A stretch of DNA of 64,000 nucleotides from Lama guanicoe (lineage: Eukaryota), in contig MU053482.1 of NCBI GenBank assembly GCA_013239625.1, positions 2,581,168 to 2,645,167 on the forward strand. Direction: 5' to 3'. Shown here one piece after another: positions 51,180 to 64,000 of the stretch (position 1 is its first letter; the number at the start of each line of letters is the position of its first letter). A model generated the notes under the pieces. That model searched no databases and was not told where the DNA came from. It saw only the letters and a list, made by a program, of their open reading frames with translations. A program made the position numbers and the translations under genes.

Positions 51180-54100
51180 ATCTTCTGCTTCCAACCATGG
51201 TGGAGTAATAGTGAACACAATACCTCCTATTGTAAACAACTAGAAACTGGACAAAATATTTGTGAAACAACTATTTTCAGACTTCAACCAAGGAGCAGAT
51301 TAGGACTGCGATCCTTGAAAAAAGAAAACAAATAAAGTAAGCCCTATAGTTTTCACCATTTTCTGTCTGAAGGCACAATCTGGACCATAGGGCAGGAAGG
51401 GGGTTACCATAAAGAGTATTGTGGTCTTACTGAGTCATGGAGACAGAATTTGAAGTTTAGGGAGGCCAAGGTGAATGTAGATAGCATGGTAGGGTTTCTG
51501 AAAGGAGGGGACTCCACAGAAAATGAGCTCAAGAAATTCACATGGAGTCTCCCTGAGTCTTCGTTGAATATTAGGGTGTTTATATATAGTGTGAAACTTC
51601 AAAGATTAGGCAAATAGTAACCAGGAAGCTGTGAACTGAATAGTTCCTAGAGTTCACACAAGGCAGGGTCATAGGCTGGGACCCCACCAGCCAGACTTCA
51701 GAGACCTTGTTGATCACTTGGGATATCAATAGAACCACAAAAGCCCATACCATAGTTTTACTGTAAAATAGCCCTATAATAAATACTAATTCAGATTTAC
51801 CCTTAGAAACCTTATAAACAAGACTTGAAGGTGTCAAGCTGAACCACAAATAACTTAATTGCCCACCAAGGACAAAGCTCAACATTTATTAAAGAAAGAC
51901 AAGAAAATTATTCAGTCAATAACATAAAATTTATAATATGTAGCATCCAATGAAAAATTACCAGACCTGGCAAGAAGTAGCAAAACGTGGCACAAATTAC
52001 TAATATCAGGAATGAAAGAAGGGCTATCACTACAGATACTGAAAGATTAATATGTGAATATTATGAACCACTTTATGCTAATAAATTAGACAACTTAGAT
52101 GAAAGGGACAAATTCCTTGATAGACAGAAATTGCCAAAACCAACTTCAAAAAAAGTAGGAACTCTGAATAGTCCTATAGCTATTAAAACTTAAATTCATA
52201 ATTCAAAATCTTTCTAAAAAGAAAACTCCAAGGTTCACTTGGATAGATAGTTTCACTGTTGGATTCTACCAAATATATAAGGAAGAAATAATACCAGTCC
52301 TACACAAATTCTTTCAGAAAACAAAGGAGGAAGGAGTAAATTTTATGAGGCAAGCATTACCCTTATACAAAAACCAGGTAAAGCCATTTAGGGAAAGAAA
52401 ACTACTGAGCAATATTCCTCATGAAGACAGACGTAAATATCTTCAAAAATTTAGCTAATTTAGTACAGCAATATGTAAACATGGTAATACACTATGAGCA
52501 AATAAGGCTTATTCTAGGAAAGCAACGTGTGAAAATCAATGAATATAATTCACCACATTGAATACAGTTTGGTGCCGCCATTGTGGAAAACAGTATGGAG
52601 ATTCCTCAAAAGACTAAAAATAGACTTACCAGGTGACCCAGCAATCCCACTCCTGGGCATATATCCAGAGGGAACCCTAATTCAAAATGACACCTGCAAC
52701 CCAGTGTTCATAGCAGCATTATTTACACTAGCCAAGACATGGAAACAATCTAAATGTCCATTAACAGATGACCGGATAAAGAAGCTGTGGTATATTTATA
52801 CAATGGAATACTACTCAGCCATAAATGATAAAATAATGCCATTTGCAGCAACATGGATAGCCCCGGAGATAAGCCAGAAAGAGAAAGAAAAATACCATAT
52901 GATATCACTCATATGTGGAATCTAAAAAAAAAAAAAAGACAAATGAACTTAATTATAAAACAGAAACAGACTCACAAACATAGAATACAGACTTGCTGCC
53001 AGGGGGGAGGTGGGTAGGAAGAGATAAACTAGGAGTTCAAGATTTGCAGATACTGACTAGTATGTATAAACAGATAAACAAGTTTATACTGTATAGCACA
53101 GGGAAATATATTCAATATCTTATAGTACCTTACGGTGAAAAGAATATGAAAAAGAATATAGGTATATCCATGTCTGACTGAAGAATTATGTTGTACACCA
53201 GAAATTGACACAACATTGTAAACCTACTATAACTCGATAAAAAATATATAATTTACCACATTAACAGAATAAAGAAAAAACTCATATAATAATATATATA
53301 GCTCTTGAAAAATATTTGACATAATTCAACACTATGTTCATGTCAAAAACTTTAAGAATATTAGGAGCAAGTGGGAACTTTTAAAATCTGATAAAGAAAA
53401 TTTGTGAACAGTCTATGGCTAAAGAATAGGAAAAAAAAACTTTTTATTTGCAGAAGACCTAATTATGTGCACAGAAAATTCTAAGGAACATAGAAAAGAA
53501 ACTACTAAAATCAATAAGCTAGCTTAGCAGAATTGCAAGATGCAAGGTCAAAATACAAAAATCAATTGTATTTCTTGAAACAAGCAACAGCAGTTGGAAA
53601 ATTATACTTTAAAATACCATTAACAATAATATAAAACATAGGGATATATGTAAGAAAATATATGCCAATCTGTACATTGAAAACTAACAATATTACTGAG
53701 AGACATTTTTAAAATAAATATCTAAATAAATAGAAAGATATAACATGTTTGTGGATTACAACACTCAATATTGAGATATTAATTTTACCCAAATTGATGT
53801 ATAGATTAAATGCAATATCTATCAAAACCCCAACAGACTTTTTAAAATCTCTTTAAATATTTTCTCAGGTCCTTTCTCTTTCTTCTCTTTCTCGGATCTC
53901 TATAATGCAAATATTAGTTCGCTTCATCCAACAGACTTTTTTAAAACTAGAAATCAACAAGCTGAATTTTTCAAATGTATTTGGAAATGCAAATAACATT
54001 GCATTTAGAATAGTCTAAACAATTTTGAAAAGGAGTAACAAAGTTGGACGACTTACGCTACCTGACTTTAAAGACTTACTAGAAAGCTTCATGAATCAAA

Positions 54101-55370
54101 ACATGGCATAGGGACAGATAAATAAATCAATGGAACAGAATAGACAATTCAAACATAGATCTACACATATGTATTTAGTCAACTGATTTTTCAACAAAGT
54201 GTCAAGGTAAGTCAATGTTCAAAGGGTAAACTTTTTAACAAATTGTACTAACTGGATATCCATATGCAGAAACAATTAACTCAACCCTTACCTTGCACCA
54301 TACATACACAAAAATAATTCAAACTGGATCATAGACCAAAACATAAATGCTAAAACTGTAACATTTCTAGGAGAAAGCATAAGAGAAAATCTGTACAATC
54401 TTCAAGTGGGAAAGATTTATTACATAGAACATAAAAGGCACAATTATGAAAGAAATAATAGATGAATTGAATTTTTTCAAAACGGAAAACTGCTTTTTGA
54501 AAGATCAATTAAAACAGAAAGACAGACTTAAAAGAAAACTGGAAAACAGAAATCTGACAGAGAGAACTGTACCCAGAGTATCTTACAACCTAACAGCAGT
54601 AAGGCAATAACCCAGTTTTAAAAACAGACAAAACAGATACTTCTCAGAAGATCATAAAATGGATAATAGCACATGAAAAGATGCTCAACATTATTAAGTC
54701 ATCAGAGAGATGTATACTACCCATGACACGCTTAATGACATATCCACTCCACTAGATACACTTAAAAAAACTGAGCATTCAAACTGTTGATGAAGGCATA
54801 AAACAGTGAAATGCCCATAATTGTTGGTGGGAATGCAAACTTGTACAATTTCAGAAATGACTGAGTTTCTCATAAAGTTACATATATACTTAAAGTACAA
54901 ACCAGCCTTTTCATTCTTAGCTATTTATCAGAGAAATGAAAACATATATCCACACAAATATTTGTACATAAATATACATATCAGCTTTAGTCACAATAGT
55001 GAAGAGCTGGAAGTGACTCAAAGGTCCACCAGTGATGAATGGATAGTTGTATACCCAGTCAATAGACTACCATTTAGCAACGAGGAGGGAACTACTGATA
55101 CATTCAACATCATAGAAATAATCTCAGAAACACTATAGTGAATGAAAAAAAAAAAAAGCCAGACATATAAAGTGCTTACTGAATGCTTCCATTTACATGA
55201 AACTCTAGAAAAAGCAAATCTAATTGATAGTTAATAGAAAGCACATTGGTGAGTATATGTGCATGGGGCTGAGTATATAAGTATTGACTGGGAAGAGCTG
55301 ATGGATATAAACTATATGTCAATGATGGTGGTCTTACATGGGTGTATAACTTTGTGAAAACTTGTTGAAT
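51180..55370 (+). mobile_element. Long degenerate L1 with a younger L1 nested inside
   Basis: ORF2-like peptides (ITNIRNERRAITTD...YYEPLYANKLDNLDERDKFL) and a 3' UTR. Confidence 0.88.
52560..53245 (+). mobile_element. Young 5'-truncated L1, same subfamily as 31063-32371
   Basis: [18 protein letters not shown] peptide. 17-bp TSD ATATAATT(C/T)ACCACATT at 52543-52559 and 53246-53262. Confidence 0.93.
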
Positions 55371-55388
55371 TTTATGTAAATTATATCC

Positions 55389-55486
55389 TTTTTGGTTTGT
55401 TTGTTTTTTAATGGAGGTAGGTACTGGGAATTGAACCCAGGACCTCGTGCATGCTGAACATGTACTCTACTACTGAGCCATACCCC
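55389..55486 (-). mobile_element. Vic-1-like SINE
   Basis: Reverse head, imperfect TSD tatgtaa.t.ata.c. Confidence 0.87.
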
Positions 55487-55951
55487 TATGTAAGTCATAC
55501 CTTGATGAAGTTGACCTTTAAAGATTTTTATATGATTTAAGGCATAAACTTCAATTTTGTGTAGGTCAGTGTACTTAAAAGAAATGCAATAATAAAATGG
55601 TCTTCATGTGACAGTTTCAACACAAGATTGTCTTTTAATCTTTCCTTGCATACACTAAGCTTTGTAAAGACACATATGTACCAAACTGCTGAAAGTGCAA
55701 ACTTACAGCTGCTGGGAAGGATGCTTTGCAGAGTCTCCATTTCTTCACTGCCTATAGCTCTCCTTCCTTGTTCTCTTAGCTCCTTTTCTCCTCAGCCTTT
55801 TCCTTAATACCAATAACAATGTATGTTTATACTGAGCTTTATAATTTCAAAGCACTTTCCAACCTCATTTGATCCTCAGAATAATTTGGGGAGCCTGGGG
55901 TAGAATTATTTACTCATTTTATAGATGATGGAAACAAAAAATGAGGGCCAA

Positions 55952-56208
55952 GGGGAAGGGAAGGATAAATTGGGAGTATGGGATTGGCGATACAAACTAC
56001 TATGTATAGGATAAACAACAAAGTCCTACTGTATAGCACAGAGGACTATATTCAATGGCTTGTAGTAACCTGTAATGAAAAATAATATATATAAATATAT
56101 ATATATACACACACACATATATATATGACTGAATCACTATGCTGTACACCAGAAAGTAATATAGCATTGTAAATTTTTTTAAAAATTAAAAATAATTTTA
56201 ATATCAAA
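55952..56208 (+). mobile_element. Short L1 3' end inserted in a MIR
   Basis: TSD AAAAAATGAGGGCCAA at 55936-55951 and 56209-56224. Confidence 0.88.
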
Positions 56209-59037
56209 AAAAAATGAGGGCCAATAAGATACAAAAGATTTAGCCAAGGCAGCACAGCTTGTACGAGCCTCAGAATGTAATCAGTAGCTCTTTTCTTAGC
56301 TTTCATGTCTTTTTTTTACCCCCTACACTCTAAATTGTTTACAGTAAAAAATCTCACCAGGTATAAAAATGAATCCCACTTAGTTACAAAGATAATGATT
56401 ATCTTTATTGAGAAAAACTAAATTTCATGAAAAATTTTGTCTGAAATGTTTTAGATATCGGAAATAGGCCTAACATAGGCAATATAGGATGTGGGCTTTC
56501 AGTAATTACAGGATGTCTTGACAAAATCCAGTCATGTCAGACAGATTAGACCAAATCTTAAGATGTCTTTGAGTGCTAGACATTTATGCTCAAGAGCCTT
56601 GTCATTGGTGTTCACCCACAAAAGCCTCCAGTGGAGGCTGTAAAGGAAAGATTAACTCTTTTTATTCCCTCATAGCTATTACGGTCACTCCCTGAACCTC
56701 TCCCCCTCCTCTTACCGGCAGCCAGACAGTCTTTTTCTGTTTGACTAAAAGAACCATTATGTTTATTATAAAATCAGTTAACCAAATCACCACTGTTCCT
56801 TATCTTTTCTTGATTTTTGTGGAACCTCACCCTAGCTCAAAACTAGCTCTGAAACCCTGTGTTTTATACCTCCCTGCATTCCTTAGACTAAGGTAGCCCA
56901 AGGAAGCATAGATACGTATATTCCCTTTGGCACTGGGAACTGGGATTGAGGGGTGAGGTAGGGTTCTCTATTTATGTTTATACTGGCCTAACATGGTGCT
57001 TTTCCTTTTACTCTTCATACTCTTATTTATTGATCACATGCTCATTTCTATGCCTGCCACAAAGAGACAGACATGGTCCCTGGCCTGGAGGCAATGACAT
57101 CTAAATTACTAGTCATATAAGTCACATTTTCTGTGTTAGTAGTTTAACAAAATAAAAATAAACCTATAAGTAAGTTGGGTGTGGTAACTGCGCTGCCAGC
57201 TCTTGAATGGTCCTGAAGCCAAGCTCCTTGTCTGGATAAAGGAACTCTGGCTCCCTAGACAGGGTCTAGTACCCTATGGGCTCTACTCTCTTTGAAGCAT
57301 GAGACGCAGGTCCCCACTCCAGCTGTAGATCTGCAAACCTTGCTGGCTCTCAGTTCCCAGTACTATAGCTTAAAAGCCATCCCCCATAACTCCTTGCTCC
57401 TTCCAGTTTCAGTGAGAGGGAATTAATGGTTTTGGAGCACTTTCTATGTGCTTTTTATACATTGTGCTATGCTGTAATTGTCACAATTCCATGACATACA
57501 AGTGAATTCTGGAATCTAAAATAGCTCTGTAGTAAAGGAAAGGCTTTGGAATCATGAAGATTGAGGTTTCGATTCTGTCTCAGCCACCGAGAAGTTATTA
57601 CTAGTTCATTCATTCCTTTTTTCATTTACTCACTATTTATTGAACTCCTGATAGACATTCAAACTCTGTCATAGGAGGTGAAGATGCAAAACATAATTCT
57701 TATTTTCAAGGCCCTTACATTTGAGGGATGGAATAGGGAAATGAAATTCTTAGACTGTATCATTACAACGATAGATCTAGCTACAGGTTATATTATTAAA
57801 ACCTTATGATCTTTCACAATTTAAGTAAAATGAGCCTTGGAGTCTTCATTTGTAAATTAGGAATAATTATACTTTACTTCTAGGCACAGTGGCTAGCACC
57901 TAAGGGATTAGTATTGCAATGCCCACTATTCCAGAGAAAGGCTTTTGTGCCCCCTTTTTCCTTTTTGCAAACTAAGAACAATAAGTGATCCTTTAACAAA
58001 CTGGATTTGAAGGCTTATGATTCATTTTATACATAACTTATTACAAAAATAACAGATATGAGAAGAAATTACTCAAAATCTCACCTTCCTAGAAAATCAA
58101 CTATTTTCATTTGCCAGCCTTGTTCCCCCGTTTTTGTCTGTTACAAAGCTGTATCTATAATACATATATATATACACACACAGCCATATATAGATGTTAC
58201 AAGGTATATAATATTTATAATTTCTGATGGCTGTGAAAAATTAATTGACTGGATTCCTGTAATTTGCTTAACCATTCCCGTATTGTTCCACATTTCTTTT
58301 GAGAAGTAGGGTTCTCAAAATTCAGTGGAGAGAATGAAAACTTTGAAAACAGAAACGTCCTAAGTTTGAAATCCACACTTACTAAGTGACCTTGGGCAAG
58401 TTATTTAACCTTTTTAAGATTGTTTGACTGTTTTGAAGAAGGTGGGTTTTAATAGGGATTTTGCTTTTATTCTGTATTTAGAGGTGATTTGTATAAACTC
58501 CTGCCATAATTTTAGTATGATTTTAAATATGTAAGTGATAAACACCTTTCACACATAAAGCTCATTTAATCGTTTGTGCTATTTTCTGAGGAAAGTCTTA
58601 TAAATAGGATTACTTGGGTCAAAGATTATGAACATTTTTATGGTATTTAGAAATACATCTCAAATTGCTTTTCTAAAGGCTTCCTTCAATTACACAGCTG
58701 CTAGTATCACACATTGCATCAGACTTACCTTATGGCCACCATAGGTATATTATTACGTGAAATCTTTGTAATTCATTGTTTTAATTTTCTTTCTGTGGTA
58801 GTTTGAACATTTTTTCTTTTTGAATAGTAAGTCTCGTCTGTAGGATCGACAGCTCAGGGCCACGCGGGCTGCGGACCGCACAAGTGGACTACAACTCCCA
58901 AGGTTCTCTGCGAGCGCGCCGACAGGAAGTGGCCGGAGCATCTCCCGCCTCCACGCCGAGGAGAAGAGGTTCTATCCGGGGCCTTGGCGCTTCTCTTTCC
59001 TTTCGCGCCGGTTGCCGCTGCGGAGTGCGGCGGGTCC

Positions 59038-59452
<415 letters not shown>

Positions 59453-62400
59453 TGAGGCGAGGCGGGCGTGACGGGCTGGACACATGGCTGGCTCGGGTGG
59501 CCGGCCGCCCTCTGGATCATTCCCAGCTCGTTCCTCGCGCCCAGGAGGGGGCGAAAGTCACCGGGAGGTTTTTCAGACGTTTCCGGGAGCAGTCTCGCTG
59601 GCGCCGGATTTGGAGGGGCTCCTGGGAATGCAGAGCTGATCCACTGGGGGCTGCGCCTGTCAGCTTGTCACTTAACTGGGCTGATCGGTGACCCGCACAA
59701 CTTTCTCCTCTCCGGCCGAGCTGTTGGGGAGCGCCTTCAGAGGCGAATCCCCGCCTCTCTGGCCGGGTGAGGGTAGTGCGGATACCTAAAGGAGTCTGAT
59801 TCACTGCTCTTTTACTCTAATAACGCCTCAGTCGGGGAGGCAGGGCGATGTAGAGAAAAGTGTCAGGTGAAGTGCACCCTTCTAGGTAGAGCTGCACCAC
59901 TAATTTCTTGACTGACCTTGGGCAAGTCGCTCAATCTTCTTATGCTGAGTTTTTCCCATTCATAAAATTAGGCCACAGCGTTGCTGGAACGGTCAAGGGA
60001 GACTGTAAGAGTGCCTTGAAATGTGCCAAGCTCCATATGAACTTCTTTTTTCCTCATATTTTTTGGGGAGACCACCCTTTGGAAAACAGCCTTATTATGT
60101 GGGTGCTTTATTGTACTATCTTCAGTTTCGTTCTTTGTTTCTGAATTTCAGAAACTTATATTCTAGTGAGTATTTTAAAGACTTCTTAAAAGGATCGCTG
60201 TCACTTCCTATGCCTTCCTATGTATTTGCCCAGCTTTAGTGAGGTTTAGTGTACTCTTTTCTTTTTTTTAACGTAAAGAGAAGTCCCTCTTTAAAGGAGA
60301 AATTCAGTTACTTTATACTCTCTTAACTGGTAGGTACGTAATTAAAAAGCATTATTTATGCTGACTTCCAAGAGTATTTCTAATTGAATATCTTCAATGT
60401 ACAATTCTGTTTTAAACATCTCTGGCCTCAAGGAACTAATATTTTAGGACCACCTACAGAATTTAGACAAATTAAGTGTAATATTATTTCAAAACAAAAA
60501 GTTAAATCTATTTTATGTGTAAATAAAACCATTAGATCATGCCAAGAGTGATGCTTAAATTTCTAGGCTCAAAGTCACCTTGGGAGGTTAGCCTTCTTTT
60601 GGATATAAAATAGTAAGTTGAAAGAAATCCCCACTTTGAACCATTACTAAACTGTGGAGGGAGATATGGATCACTTTTTATTTTGACTTGTTTAGTGATT
60701 GACAGATTAAGATGAACATTATTTTGTTCATAATGTGTTTATGCATATAAGTCTTGACACACTAAAAGTTTAGTAATAGTGATTTCTACCATTACTTTAC
60801 CCTAAAGCACATTATTTTGACTAAACATACTTGTGTGTAATTATTAATTTTAAAAATTATTATTTGAAAAAATTGGTTCCTTTGTGGAAAAACTAAATAA
60901 GTAATACGCCCTGCAAATTTGAAATTTATTCCTCTAGTGGGTATTGAATGTTGAGTTGTAGGTACTGATGTCTTGTAATAGAGATCTGGGGTAAGTATTT
61001 CACAAGCTAGTTTTGGGGAGATAAATAATCAAAATAATATTCAAAGCATTTTTACTTAACTGTTAAGCTCCTGTTAGGGTTTTGGAATACTCCAGAATAG
61101 TGAACACTGCTTACCCCTTCTGTCGAAGAAAACTTGATAACTGGTCCGTGTTTCTGTGATTGTTAGCTGTTTACATTTTGCAAATTTCTTTCAATTATTG
61201 CACCTAGATTTTTTTCAGTAATTTTCCTTAGGTAACTTTTCTATTAATTAGAATATTTATTCTCATTTCTTATCTTGATTCCATTTTAATGACATGCTTT
61301 CGTTTGAATACTTTTTGCCTTGACTTTCTTGTGGCAGAACTTTGATTTAGGAAATAGATCCCAGATAAGTCTTCAAGAAGCTTGACTGTAGTGAGAATAA
61401 GAAAGTAGCATTTTATTTCTGACAAGCTCTTACTTTGGTTAAGATAGGGTAAACCGATCATTCTGTGATGTCTCATTCATTGAAGTTACATCTTGACTCA
61501 TTTAGTTAAAGAAAAAGATCAGTTGACATTTGAATGGATCTCTTCAGCTAAGTGAAGTAATCACTAACTGTAAAAATTATAAATGTTATCAAAGCATTAT
61601 AGTGCAGATAGTATTATAGTGCAGGTAGTTTAAAAACGAAACAAAAGTGCACTCATCTCAGTGATTCCATCTGCTTGTAACCCCCTCCTAGTCAGTTATC
61701 TCCTAGACTTGTTCTGTCACTTCTATCAACTGTCTCCATATCCATAAAGAGCGACCTGACTACCACACTCTCTATCTTCCTTCTCTTATTTTTCTCTATA
61801 GTACTGATTTATCATATGTATTTTACTTATTGTTTTCCCCAATATAATTTTTGAATTTCATGAGGTCAGGAATTTTTGTCTTTTGTTACTACAATTCTTT
61901 GGTTGTCGATGGTAGGCTTTACTGTCTGTAGATAACAATCTAGGCTTTAGATCTCTTACACCACGTCCACTTCAAGGATTTTTAGGGTGTTTATATGCTT
62001 TTTTATATTACATATAGATAAAATTAAACTTCCATTAGATTGTTAAAGACACAGTAGGGACACTCTTTTTGGCAGATATTTTCAAGATACATCTTATTTA
62101 GTATTCCCTACTGACTTACTCTGTAATATGTTACAAATTTTTATCTTTCTTGAACTGCTGTTATAATTTGGAACCCACTGTTCATTGTTATATCCCAATT
62201 TGAAATATCTTCCATCTAACAAGCTTTGCCTTAAAGCTTGAAGAAAATCATTTAAAAGTGTAAGTATAATTGAAAACTCCCTTAGCCATTTGATTTTTTT
62301 TAACTACTGAAAGGTTTTTATACTTGCTGGAGGATATTAGTAAAGTTATTTAACCTCTAAGCATCATTTTCCTTATGTGTAAGATGAAAGTGGTAATAAT

Positions 62401-64000
62401 ATGGTATGTCATTTTGTTGTGTGTGTTTAGTGAGATGATGGATGTAAAAATTTTGGGAAAGCATTTGGCACCTATTAAGTTCTCTCCACATTATTTGAAC
62501 TATTGTTTAAGTGCCAGTTGATTAACCAATCCAATAAGCAGTACATTTCATTTCCTATCTCCATTTACTAACTTAGTAGTTGTACTTATCAGTGGAAAAT
62601 GATCAGCACTAAGGGAGAAAAAACACAAGTACATATTATTTGGACACTGAAATCACTAGTAGATAGCATTATTGCAGCATGAAAATTGGCACTGTTACAA
62701 GCACAGTGCCTGGCACATTATAGGTTCTCAGTAAATATTTATTGAATGCAAAGAGAAATGAGTAAGTTAGAAATGTTAAGAATACTCATCTTTGAGTTGT
62801 TAAAATAGATTTGTGTTACAGAGATCTGTCACTTATTTAAATTTTAAGCTATGTATTCTAGTATATGTAGAAGTGCAATTAAAAGTTATTTAGGTACTCT
62901 AGAATATGCATTAGGTATTCTTTCATTCAACATTAACTGTTTCTTACATTTGAGAGACTGCTCTTGGATACAAGGACTGTCCTTTCCTGCCTGTATGTGC
63001 ATGCTGGCACATGTACACACACACACTCAGAAATACTTGTTTCTTCATTTGTAAGAAAAAAATAACTCTGAAGGTTTTGGTAGATTATTATAACAGACAG
63101 CAATGTCTCTGCTCTCTTCTTGCTTTAGCTGCCAGCATTCTTCAGTGGAAAACTTTCTATATGCAGACCTTTACTCATACTGCTCATCTCCTCCTGTTAA
63201 GCTCTTACCACCTGAAACTAAAATTTTTCCTAACCATAAATCTCATTTAAATCTCTTATAAACCTTCAATTCCTAAGCTTAATGTGCTATAAAATGATTA
63301 TGTAGGCAGAAATGCTGCTTTTTCAAATGCTTTCTGTGAAAAAAAGTAAGAGGACTTAGCTTTAATAAGTTTCTTGATATTTTGTGTTTATCTTTAAAAT
63401 TCATGAGCTTCCTAAGTCGTATCTGGAATCTTCACAGATGATTGCTATTACTATTGGAAGTGATATATTTATCTATAAATGGTTAACTTTATTTTATTAA
63501 AGGCTTATGAACTGTTTAATTAATGAAAATCTTAGATGTGGAGAAATGTTAAGTGGTAACACGTTTATGGGACGATTTGGCATGTCTAGAAATTCAGCAA
63601 ATATTTATGAGAGTATGGTATATATTTTTGGAAGACAAAGTATCTTGTAGTCTGAGCAGGTAACATTCCTTAATTAGAAATATCACAAAGTAGATACTGT
63701 TAAGAATTAGGAAGAGGGAAAGTCCCTGGATTCTTGGACTGTTAGACAGGAAGGTATTCAGTGACACAGCATGTTAAAGATCTGAAAGAAAGATAACACT
63801 ATGTAAATATTTATAAGAAAGCAATTTTCTTTTTCAGACATAGTTGTTGTATATATTATTTTACTTACTGTTTCTGTCTGTGGCACATTAACGATAAGCT
63901 TGATTCAAAGTGGGTTTTTCTTTTAGTCACTGAGTAATTTGTGGGGTGGACTGGCAGGCTACCCATTAGACCATGTCCATTTTGGGGACTTTGAGAAACA

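Overview
Mammalian genomic DNA, most likely a camelid, judged from the many tRNA-Ala-derived SINEs of Vic-1 type. It covers the TMEM41B-IPO7 interval. TMEM41B coding exons 1-2 and its CpG-island promoter lie on the minus strand (1.6-9.2 kb). The IPO7 promoter and coding exon 1 lie on the plus strand (58.8-59.8 kb). The rest is mostly SINEs, L1s, LTRs and older repeats, plus a young RPL41 retrocopy with an intact ORF. The main unexpected signal is a chain of about 12 splice-bounded, non-repetitive segments on the minus strand, running from an 'orphan' CpG island at about 38 kb down to about 12.9 kb. Translated through stops and frameshifts, they read in order as a GIN1-like N-terminus, a Gypsy/Ginger-type integrase core, a GPY/F-like motif, a long linker and a Ulp1/SENP-like protease region. 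I interpret this as the fossil (unitary pseudogene) of an intron-containing, domesticated Ginger1/GIN-type gene. The call rests on by-eye alignment to remembered reference proteins and needs HMM/tBLASTn and synteny confirmation.
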